From Mustelus asterias (taxonomy: Eukaryota), in NCBI RefSeq assembly GCF_964213995.1, contig NW_027590142.1, positions 930,001 to 994,000 of the forward strand: DNA of 64,000 nucleotides. Direction: 5' to 3'. The notes beneath the pieces are model-generated. The model did not search any database. It was not told where the DNA came from and saw only the letters and a program-made list of their open reading frames with translations. This document shows positions 1 through 10,064 of the stretch, one piece after another (the stretch's first letter is position 1; each line of letters begins with the position of its first letter). The position numbers were made by a program, and so were the translations under genes.

Positions 1-110
1 CGGGCCTGATGTCTTTCAGTTCCGCTCTGAGATCCAGTGTCCCAGAGCAGTCCAGCTCTGCAGTCTCCAGCTCCCCGTCATATCAACCATCAGCTCCGGG
101 CAGCAGAGCG

Positions 111-153
111 ATGGGAATTCTTCTCGTTTTCAGCCTGTGTGTCTATTTACCCA
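111..153 (+). CDS. NARTCR: NARTCR V leader exon (MGILLVFSLCVYLP)
   Basis: ATG at 111, hydrophobic signal peptide, phase-1 donor GTGGGT at 154; splices in frame to the AG at 301-302. Confidence 0.88.
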
Positions 154-302
154 GTGGGTACTGATCACACTAAACTATATTGTGTGGATTGAATATAAAG
201 CTGCCCCAGTCCATCCCAATTACAGACACTGTCTGGGGTTTTAGCCCCGTTGTGTGGTTCAGCTCTGATGATCCTTTAAACTCTCTTGTGTTTAATTTCC
301 AG

Positions 303-591
303 GATCTTTCAGTCAGTCAGTGACACAGAGCCCGGCAGCGGTGACCAGGAAGGAATGTCAGTCCCTCACCATCACCTGTGTTTTCTATGGTGGATTCTAC
401 GCTCGTGCTTTGGAGAGGGCGGAATTCTTCAAACAAACACAGACCGGAACGGAGCGGGAGTGGATCTCCGGCGGAGGGAGATTTGTTGTGTCGGTGAATA
501 AAGCAGAAAAGAAATTTTCGTTGGAAATTCGGGATGTGAGAGTTGAAGACACCGCCACCTATTTCTGTAAAGCTCATTACAAAGGAGACGG
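303..591 (+). CDS. NARTCR: NARTCR V exon (IgNAR-like V domain)
   Basis: QSVTQSP...KECQSLTITC...EREWISGGGRFVVSVNKAEKKFSLEIRDVRVEDTATYFCKAHYKGDG. VNAR-type short FR2/CDR2 region, extra FR1 Cys (356-358), followed directly by an RSS. Confidence 0.92.
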
Positions 592-629
592 CACAGTGAT
601 GGGCCTCGGCTTCCCATCATACTAAAACT
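592..629 (+). other. RSS of NARTCR V (22-bp spacer)
   Basis: CACAGTG 592-598, spacer 599-620, ACTAAAACT 621-629. Confidence 0.88.
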
Positions 630-983
630 CTCACTGAAGATTTTCACATAAACAAATGAAAAAGCGGAGTTAATCTTCCCTGAAACCCGCACAGTTCCAT
701 CGCACACCGTCAATCCCACAGTCACGTTTATAATGAGGATTTGATTATTACCGTTAACATTCTGAGTGTTTTAAACAAGGAGTGTGTGCGGAAGCTGACA
801 TCTTTCCCGGGTTAGGTGTTGATGAATGAAGAATGGAAATGACTGATCCCAGTTACAAACCCAAACAAAAGATGGGATCATCGTCTCTCAGCTGGAACTG
901 GGAACCGCAGTCCCCGCTGTTTAATTAATGTCCCTACATCTCACACAGTATCTGGGGTTTTGATGCTAAATTATAACACTGTG

Positions 984-1000
984 TAAATGGTTAGGAGAGT
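984..1000 (+). CDS. NARTCR: NARTCR D segment TAAATGGTTAGGAGAGT with 12/12 RSS
   Basis: 5' RSS GGTTTTGAT(956-964)-12-CACTGTG(977-983); 3' RSS CACAGTG(1001-1007)-12-GCAAATACC(1020-1028). Only one frame (KWLGE) is stop-free untrimmed. Confidence 0.9.
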
Positions 1001-1377
1001 CACAGTGAAAAGAAGCTGAGCAAATACCTGTGCACAATTACAATATACATTCGCAGGGCCCAGAGAGAGAATTATGGATTGATGTTATTAGCGCTGCAAT
1101 CTGGATTAATTACATTGCACTTTCCATCACTCACATCTTTCTTTGATATTTTTCTCAGTTAATATGAAGCGACTATCTCCTCCCTGGGGATATTTACTGA
1201 GAACGCGGGGCCTCAAAAAGAACAGTTTGAACCGACAGAGACTTCAAAACATTGAATAATATTTATTGATTTAAATCCCCCGAATAATTGGGAACTTCCA
1301 AATGACTGTGATGATTTCCCGTCAAGTTGAGTAGTCGGTAGTTCTTGTACGGGGAGACTGAGATCGGTATCACTGTG

Positions 1378-1429
1378 TACAAATGGTATGATGCCGATGG
1401 CTCAGGGACGGTGGTGACTGTCACAGCCG
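1378..1429 (+). CDS. NARTCR: NARTCR J segment (YKWYDADGSGTVVTVTA)
   Basis: RSS AGTTCTTGT(1340-1348)-22-CACTGTG(1371-1377); NAR-like DGxGT motif; phase-1 donor GTAAGT at 1430. Confidence 0.92.
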
Positions 1430-3624
1430 GTAAGTGACTCCAAACCCCGCCGTGTTACAAAATGTCTCGTTTAACGTTCACCGTCATTTTATTATCGTGA
1501 TCTGTATCGTTTCAGTCCAATGGATACGGATAAGGATCTGTTTACAGATCCGTTACAGATTTTGATTTGGGAGCAGGACGTGATTTAGGAGTCGATCCAG
1601 GTCAGCCCTGGGGAAAGCGAGTGTGAGACCTGATGCAGAAGGCGGTCAGCGCTGTAGGGATAGTGGTGGTTGTGGGGATGGAAGTGGAGGGGTGGGGGGT
1701 GGATGGGCTGTGATGTGAGGGTTGACAGTATTTGGGTCATTATTAGTTTAACGGGCACATCGGGGTTAACATCCATATCAAGGGCTTTCACTATCCTGAT
1801 AGTTTATAACAAATTATCGGCACTCTGGAATCCACCTTCGGTGTTAATTGTGACCGAGGGAGATCTGCCTGTCTCGAACAGCCCGGCACTGGGATCGCAG
1901 AGCTCTCTCCTGGGCAGTAGACTGAAGTCCCTGCCGTGTAATATGAAGAAGCTACCGGTTGAATGAGATCAGTGCCACCGCGGACAGTTCATTTAACCGC
2001 AGCAGTTCATCCAATAACTGTCCCGGGAGACAAATAGAATAAAAGAGACAACGGACTTCAGACATTAGAGACTCTGTTTAGTTCCAGATTGTATTTTTCA
2101 ATAGAGAAATCAGTTACTGAAATTAGTGAAATTGTACCTGACATTCCTCTAAACATCCTCCATATAACCAATCACTTTCCTCATTTTCTACCGTCAAAAG
2201 AGGCATAATTTAAAATGAAACTAAATCCCCCACACACGAAAACACGTTTGTTTGAAATTAATATAACTGGAGTTTTACCCTTTTTATACTGAAATATTAA
2301 ACTAAACTGACTTAAACCTATACTTTATTTCTAATGTCCAAAAACACTGAAGAGATTAGTTAAACTACCTTTGTTTCCTGACAGTTGTCATTTACAGAAG
2401 AAAATAAATACATCAATCCGAATCAATTCAAAAAGGGAGAGCCAGAATGTGGATCTCGCTGTCACATTGAATGTTTGGAGCAGAGGCGAGTGGTACATTT
2501 ATGGGAAGACTCGAAAATACTGAAGGGAGAACAGAATAGACCGACAGAGTGAGCTGGATAGAAATGGCCAATTAGATTTCTGAAGGGTGAGGCTGGTCGG
2601 GTGTTTCTATGCAGACATCAGTGAGTTAGGCCGAATTGCCTGTTCTTCTGCCGTTTCTATACAATGTAAAATTTAGAGAAAATTCCGCCCAGAGACCGCA
2701 GAAGAGAATCAGTTAAAGAGCAAAAAAAGAATTGAACTTGTCAGAGAGCCAGAAGAGGCAGTTCCCAGTGAATAACTGTAAAACCACTGCAGAAACTGAA
2801 CGGAATAAACCCAACTGACAACTGAGAGACTTTGGGAGAACTTTCCACGATTGCAACGAACCCAAACAGCGCAAAATAAATGTTGAAACCAAATAAAACT
2901 GACTGTAAATAGTTCTAAGTAAAGAGAAAAGGAGAAAAAATGTTCCTGATAGTTCGATAGCAGAAGAAAACCAAATAGATGAACAAACAGAGATTCCCGG
3001 GAGGTGTTAAACAGATATAAATGAATGACATTTGAGCACCGATGTTCAACATCATTCCATCCCCATTGGAGCTGATGGATCACAGTCATTCCCTGTTGGA
3101 TCTTGCTGTGCGCTACGACGTAACGCAGCTGGGTTAGTCACTTGGAACGGATTGCCTCACTGGTAATAAAATGTTCCCTCGTGTTTGTCTCTTAGGAAGG
3201 GAAATAGAAAGTGAAATGTAACATACATCATTGAATCATAGAGTGCAAAAGGGTGACATTCGGCCCCTCGAGTAGATGCAGCCCTTTATAAGTGAAATCC
3301 AGTTCTTCCCCTTCGTCATGAATTTTCCCCATAACCCTGTTTTATTCCTGTTCCGGCGCTTGACTATTCCCGTGTGTTTGTCACTGTTGATTCAGCTCCC
3401 ACCATCTATTCCGACATTGCATTCCAGACCGTTGGATCTTGTTGTGTAAAGAAAACCTCATTTTCCACTGGTTTACAATAATAATAACAGTGAATACAGT
3501 TCCATCAGATTTAAAGTGATAATAACACCGAATAAAACTGAGCTACTCCCGCAATTGACACATTCCCCTGGTAAACAGTGACTGAACCACAGAAGAAAAC
3601 GCTGTTTCTTTTTTTATCCTCCAG

Positions 3625-3930
3625 ATTCTAGTTCCCTGGTGTCGAAAAATCCGCCTCTCCAAACCTCTGCTGCTGGTGACACGGTTGCTTTAAGCTGTGA
3701 ATATTCAGGTCTCTGTCAGTACACAGTACACTGGTACAGTCAGCCCCCAGGGCAGGCTCTGAAATACCTGCTTCAGACACACACTTCAGGAGAGGAGAAT
3801 AAAGAAAATGCTGCCGGGGGGAGAATTTCTGCTTCTATCGATTCTGCCGAGAAAATCAGCTGGTTAAAGATCTCCAAACTGGAACTGAGCGATTCCGCTG
3901 TGTATTACTGTGCACTGAGTCAGAGCACAG
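3625..3930 (+). CDS. TRDV: Leaderless NARTCR-supporting TCR-delta V exon
   Basis: Acceptor ttttatcctccAG ends at 3624, in frame with the NARTCR J donor. DSSSLVSKNPP...LSCEYSGLCQYTVHWY...DSAVYYCALSQST; CDR1 Cys at 3714-3716; no leader exon seen in 1430-3624. Confidence 0.92.
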
Positions 3931-4104
3931 CACAGTGATACAGAACATGGAGAGAGCTGTACAAAAACCTGGACATGGTGAGTATTACAGACACAGTGAT
4001 ACAGAACACAGAAAGAGCTGTACAAAAAAATGAACATGGTGAAAATCACAGACATAGTGATACAGAACACAGAGAGAGCTGTACAAAAACCTTAAAATGG
4101 TGAG
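3931..4104 (+). repeat. Tandem 61-bp repeat, each unit carrying a 23-spacer RSS (three copies)
   Basis: CACAGTG(3931)-23-ACAAAAACC(3961); CACAGTG(3992)-23-ACAAAAAAA(4022); CATAGTG(4053)-23-ACAAAAACC(4083). Confidence 0.95.
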
Positions 4105-4690
4105 GTCTGCAGTGAGTAAACTGTTAGAAGGTATTCTGAGAGACAGGATCTACAGGCATTTAGAGAGCACGGACTAATAAGGGAGAGTTACCATGGCTTT
4201 GTGAGTGGAAAATCATATCTCACGAAATTGATTGAATTTTTTGAAGGAGTAACCAAGATGGTAGATGAGGACAGTGCAGTGGATGTTGTCTACATGGACT
4301 TTAACATGGTACCACATGGTGCATTGCTGCATAAGGTTCAATCTCACGGGATCCACGGCGAAGTAGCCAATTGGATGCAAAATTGGCTTGATGAGAGAAG
4401 ACAGGGGGTGGTTGGAAAGGGTTGTTTTTCAAACTGCAAAATAGTCCAGAGTGCATTTTTCTCACTCAGAGGCTGGTGAGTGTCTGGAAAGATCAGCCAG
4501 AGGTAGTAGTGGAGGCGGGGACAATTTTTACTTTTAAAAAGCATTTAGACACTTCCATGGGTAAGATGCGTATAGAGGGATATGGGCCAAATGCGGGCAA
4601 TTGGGACTAGCTTAGTGGTAAAACCTGGATGGCATGGACAAGATGGGCCGAAGGGCCTTTTTTCAACGCTGTAAAGCTCCATGACTCGAG
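4105..4690 (+). mobile_element. CR1 LINE fragment (RT part and 3' tail, internally deleted)
   Basis: ORF 4201-4479 with SYLTKLIEFFE...VDVVYMDF; CR1-type 3' end. Confidence 0.85.
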
Positions 4691-4959
4691 AGCATTAACA
4701 CCCCAGTACCGCAGGAGGAAACTGTTACATTGGTATCAACTCATCCTGAATCATGCTGGAACCAACGTCTTGGCAAATCACATAGCGAGGGCTGCAGATA
4801 TGGCATTTAACTGAATAATGGGGCAGGGGGAGACAAGGACCTGTTGCATGAAAAATTTTTAAAAATCGACGATGAAGGAGAAGGTTGGACTGCAGGTGAG
4901 CGAACATGAAGGCACAGAACATGTGAACATCATATTGCACCAAAATCGTGCAAGAATAG

Positions 4960-6451
4960 GGAAATTTGAAAACAGAACAAACTTCAGGGCTTTGTATCTT
5001 TGAATGCATGAAACATTCTGAATAAAATTAATGAGTTAACAGCACAATTAGAGACAAATGGACATGACTTAGTAGTGATTTCTGAAGTGTGGTTGCAATG
5101 AAAACCAGATTTTGGAATTGAAGATCCAAGGGCGCTCAATACTTCAGACGGATAGACAGAAAGGAAAATGAGATGGTGGAATAATGTATATGTCCCCAAA
5201 CAGTCGGTCTGTAGTTGGGCACAGGAGAAATAAGGAAATTTTGGGGGCTTGTGAGAAAGGTATTGCAATAATTATGGATTATTTTAATATGCATATACAT
5301 TGGATTTAACAAATTGGCAAGGCTAGCCCCGAGGGAGAGTTCACTGAATGCATTAGGGATTGTTTGCTGCAACAATATGTTGTGGAACCAATTAGAGAGC
5401 ATTCCAATCGTGGATTTCCACCCTCTGTGGTGGACAGGGCTCTTAGCCATGTCCGACTCATCTCCAGGGCTACTGCTCTCAGCCTCTCTCCTCCCTCCCA
5501 GGACCAGGATATTGTCCCCTTTGCCTTCGCTTTTCAGCTCATCAACCTCCTCATTAAAAGAATTATCGTCCGCCATGTTTGCCAACTCCAGCATGACGCC
5601 ACCATTCAAGCTATCTTCCCGTCACTCTCCCTGTCAGTACTCCACAGGCACCGTTGCCTCCGGGACACCCGTGTCCACTTCTTCATCACACCTAACAACT
5701 CACCTATCGCCAATGGCAATCGTAGAAGATGCTGCGCCTGCCCCTTCACCTGCTCCCTCCTCGGCATCCCAGGGCCCAAACATTCTTTTCAGGTGAAGCA
5801 ACGCTTCATATGCACTTCCTTTAATCTGGTCCATGGCATTCGCTGCTCCGATGCGATCTAATCTACATTGGAGAGTCAAATGCAGACTGGTTGAACGCTT
5901 TGCAGAATACCTATGGTCAATCTGCAAGCAGGACCCAGACCTTTCTGTCGCTTATCATTTGAACACACCATCCTGGTTGCCTCTCCACAGGTCATTTCTT
6001 TGTTTTGCAAAATTCCAGTGAAGCCCAATGGAAACTGGACGAACAGCATCGCATCTTCAGATGAGGCACTTTACAGACTTCTGGGACTGAACATTGAGTT
6101 CCACAAATTCAGAGCATGACCTTTCGCCTCCACCTCCACTCCCTTTCCATTTATATTATCTAATTTCTTCTTTTCATCATACTCGTCCATTTTTATTACT
6201 TTATTTTCTTATTTTTAGTTTTCAACTTCTGAAATCTCGTTTTCAACCCTGCTTCATCTCTCCCCCAAACCCATCCTCCCCATCCCAATAGGGACAACAG
6301 TTGCATTCACATACTCTGCAATCTCTGTTTTGCCATTTATCCATCGCAATCTCTTAATGGACACTCTCAGCACCATTCTCAGCCTTTATCATCACATTTA
6401 CATTCACGTTGTTATTCTCTCTATGCCATTCGTTTCAAGTACATACCCCCG

Positions 6452-6483
<32 letters not shown>

Positions 6484-7852
6484 CCACCACCAGAAAACAA
6501 ACCCACCCTCCCAGTACAAATCTTGTCTCGGTTTCCTTGTCTTCAGCTCTGAGGAAGGGTCATCCTGACTCTAAATGTTGGCTCGATTCTCTCTCCACAG
6601 ATGCTACCAGACCTGCTGAGAGTTTTCAGCATTTTCTGTTTTTCTTTCAGATTCCTGCATTTGCAGTACTTTGCTATTATTATAGAGAGCAGAAGATTCC
6701 GGATTTGGTATTATGTAATGAGCAGGGATTAATTAATGATCTCATAGTTAAGCATCCTCGAGCGAAGAATGATCTTAGCATGATTTAATTCCAAATTCAG
6801 TGTGAGGACGAGAAACTCAAGTCCCACACTAGACTTCTAGTGTTAAACATAGGGATTTACGTAGGCATATGGACAGAATTGGCCCGATTGGACTGGGCAA
6901 GCAGACTGAAAGGTAAGACAGTTGATGATCAGTGGCAAATGCTGAAGGAGGCAAACAATTCCTCCCAGCTAAAATACATTGGTGAGACGAAGAAAGATTG
7001 TAAGAGGGGAAGAAACATCCATGGCTAAGCAAGGAAGTTAAAGATAGCATAAGGAGAATATCTAATGCATACTATATTGCAAGGGCCAGTGGCAGACTGG
7101 AAGATTGAGAAACTTTTAAAGATCAACAAATGGTTACTAAAAAGTGAGAAAAAGATCAATGTTAAATTGTGAAAGAAAACTCGCACAGCGTTAAAAGAAC
7201 GTGTAGCAAAGGCATTTGTAAGGATCTAAAAGTGAGGAGTGGAGCTAAGGTGATTGCTGGACACTTGGAGTATTCCACTGGGGAGTTAACAGTGGGGAGA
7301 ACAGAAAAGGTGGAAACGCTTAATCGATATTTTGCCTCAGTTTTCACGCTGGACAACACGAGTACCATCACAATAGTAACAGATAATGCAGAGGTAATAG
7401 AAAGGAAGGAATTTCGAACAATCACGATCAATAGGGAAAACGTGTTGATTGAACAATTGAGATTGAAGGTAGTCAAGTTCCCAGAGCCAGATGGCTAATA
7501 TCTTATTGTCTTAAAGGAACTGGTAGTGGGGATAGTGGGTACATTGGTTATAATAATCCAAAATGTCCTGGATGCGTGAAATGTTCCCGTGGGTTGGAAT
7601 AAATGATAATATAAAGCCGATATTCAAAAAGAGAGGGAGGCAGAAGGTATCAAACTAGACACCTACTAGTTTGAGATCTGTCTTTGGAAAATTGTTAGAA
7701 TCCAATATTAAGATTGTAGTAACGGAACATTTAGAATGCCACAAGGCAATTCATTAGAGTCAGCATTGTTTTAAGAAGGGCAAATAATTTTGACTAATTT
7801 GCTAGAATTCTTCGAAGATGCACCAATTAAAGTGGACAATGGGGATCCTGTA
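4960..7852 (+). mobile_element. Old CR1 LINE (endonuclease to RT), host of the Penelope and ERV insertions; resumes at 18444-18500
   Basis: Degenerate ORF2 motifs (EPIRE / DLVLCNE, ETLNRYFASVFT); ...GGGGATCCTGTA (7852) continues as GATGTG... after the ERV. Confidence 0.8.
5402..6682 (+). mobile_element. Penelope-like retroelement 3' fragment (degenerate GIY-YIG endonuclease and terminal repeat)
   Basis: RGFPPSVVDRAL, CTSFNLVHGIRC and RLVERFAEYL...VAYHLN motifs; flanked by a 9-bp direct repeat TAGAGAGCA (5393-5401, 6683-6691). Confidence 0.8.
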
Positions 7853-8557
7853 TGAAGATGGGAATGGGTTAATGAACTTTGTAACACTTAAACATTGAGA
7901 CACGAGCTCTGTGATTTTGTGAGAAACACTGTAGAGCTCATGTTTACGTTAGGGCTCAGTGTTTTCATGTCTGTGGAATTTGTTTTCATGTATCCAAACC
8001 AGATAAGAGAGACAGCTGTCCTTGCTGTTCCCAGCTAATTGCGTATCAGGAATGTGGCTAAGCAGAATTAGCTAAGCAGACTCCATTTTATGTTCCTTTC
8101 TATTATATACCTTTGTTTAACACGGTGGAGCTGACATGTATACCTTCTGTCATCGTATAACAATAGATTCATATATATTCATTATATGCTGTTCATCCAC
8201 ACTATTTATACTGATATAAATTGCGACATAGGCACCTGTATCTTACTTAACCTGTTGGTGCAAACTTATAATCTTGTGTGATGGATAAACAACGCACAGG
8301 TGGCGACAAAACAGACATTCGCAGCCTTGAGGATGGCCACGGTTACACGGGAAAGACGGAACTGCCGAGACAGCAATAATCGTGGGAAGATGAGGACGTG
8401 ACCAGGGGTGAAAATATATGTATAAATGTTTGCTCTTGACCTGAATTCAGTAAGAAGTCTGAGACCGTGTTAGGGAGACCTCTTCCACAATTGTGCAAAT
8501 AAACCAATGTACTTTGACTCTAAAACTAGTCTCAGAGATATTATTTTACCTACAACA
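7853..8557 (+). repeat. ERV 5' LTR (705 bp)
   Basis: TGAAGATGGG...CCTACAACA; TATAAA 8421-8426, AATAAA 8498-8503; directly repeated at 17736-18443. Confidence 0.93.
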
Positions 8558-8559
8558 AT

Positions 8560-8577
8560 TGGTGCCGAAACCCGGGA
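8560..8577 (+). promoter_or_regulatory. Primer binding site, tRNA-Phe
   Basis: TGGTGCCGAAACCCGGGA, complementary to the 3' 18 nt of vertebrate tRNA-Phe, 2 nt after the LTR. Confidence 0.9.
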
Positions 8578-9099
8578 TCTGATTACCGCTCCGGTCGAAT
8601 GGCCACGACCGGGACACCGGAATAGATTACCGAACTTAATACAGTGGGTCAAAGTACAGTGGGTGATCATCTGTGATGAGAGATTGTCTGAACTAATGAA
8701 AGATGGCTGAACTGATCACATATGGACAAGGAGGCAATTGACTCTAACACCCAGCCTTAGATTGAATGTTAAGCGGTGAAATCTCCCACGCTGAGAGCAG
8801 GATTTGAAATGGGTGTTAGGGTCTAGAAAAAGGTTGCCTGAGGTGTGACGTTCAGACGTGAGTGAGAAAGAAACTGTCGGAGTGATCGCTGGAGTTGAAG
8901 GAAAAGCCTTCATGTGAAAGCCGGCTTAATAAAAGTATAGTATAAGTGGTGGTACGGAGGGATCTGATCACCCCTGACAGGTATCACCGAACTCGGATAA
9001 GAGCAACCTAGGAGGGGGAGAGTGTGAAAGGAGAATAGAAGACTCCAGGTGGTTAGTATAAACTTATCGATGTTATGGCGGGACAAGGACAATGGGGGG

Positions 9100-10064
9100 C
9101 CCCGGGGTCCCTGATAAACGAATATATGGCTAAGAGGGACAAAGTCATTAAACAGATGAACAAAGGGGGTGGGATTTAGACCACCGACTAGACCAACAAC
9201 GAAAATGGTTGAAAAATGAAAAGAAAGACAGAAAGACGGAATAATTGAATAGGTCGCAGTCTTGGGTAAGAAATGGGCTGATGACAAAGCGAAAAGAGAA
9301 TTAGAAAATAGAAACTAATGTTTAGAGGACCCCGGCTGGGGATCCTTGCCTCCCTATGGGCCGGTCGTAGAACCCACGGCACCAGTGGGAGACCCCGATG
9401 AGGAAGAGGTCCATGATCTCGGCCCATAACTCGGGGCGGGACATTACAGAGTCCCACTGCCCGATACAAACCCTTCACCCCAGGAGAAAGACAACATGTT
9501 TTGGCATCTCTGGGAAGGCTCCATTTACATTTGCAGGATATACACCAGTTGATACGGGCCGCTTGCCCACAGGATAAGTGGAGACTGAGTTACGGAGCGG
9601 GTAACGCACCAACCAATTGGTCCAGAATTACCCATATTAAACATTAAAGGGGTGAAGGAGCCTCCGAATTTGGGGAGCGACTCTTTCGAGTATACCATGA
9701 ATGTTCGGGGATGCCCAAAACTGCCCGAACAGAGAGAGCCTTTTTACAAGCATTTAAAGATGGGCTGTCGCCAGCTCACCAAAAAATCCTTAAAATGGGA
9801 GTTCTCAATACCCAGACTTATGATGAATTAGTAGAATGGGCATCTGGAATTAGAGACGGACCAGATGAGAAACCATACCCAGAAATAAAAGAGGAAAATG
9901 TTAGTGCAAACAGTGGAGGAGCTAAACCAAAGGATGCGTGCTATAATTGTGGGAAACCGGGTCACTTTGCCAGAGTCTGTGGGGTTCCAAAGGGAGGTAG
10001 AAGGAAGGACCCTGCCGGCCAGTTTTGCAATAAGTTGGGGGGGGGTGATGCAGAGGGGCAATAA
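9100..10064 (+). pseudogene. gag: ERV gag remnant (CA and NC with a CCHC zinc knuckle)
   Basis: ORF 9711-10064 contains CYNCGKPGHFARVC; upstream MHR-like GE..SEFGERL; broken by stops and frameshifts; start approximate. Confidence 0.8.

Noticed and set aside
3931-4104. CRISPR-like reading of the 61-bp repeat
   Set aside because: Vertebrate DNA, whole units are homologous with no unique spacers, and no cas genes.
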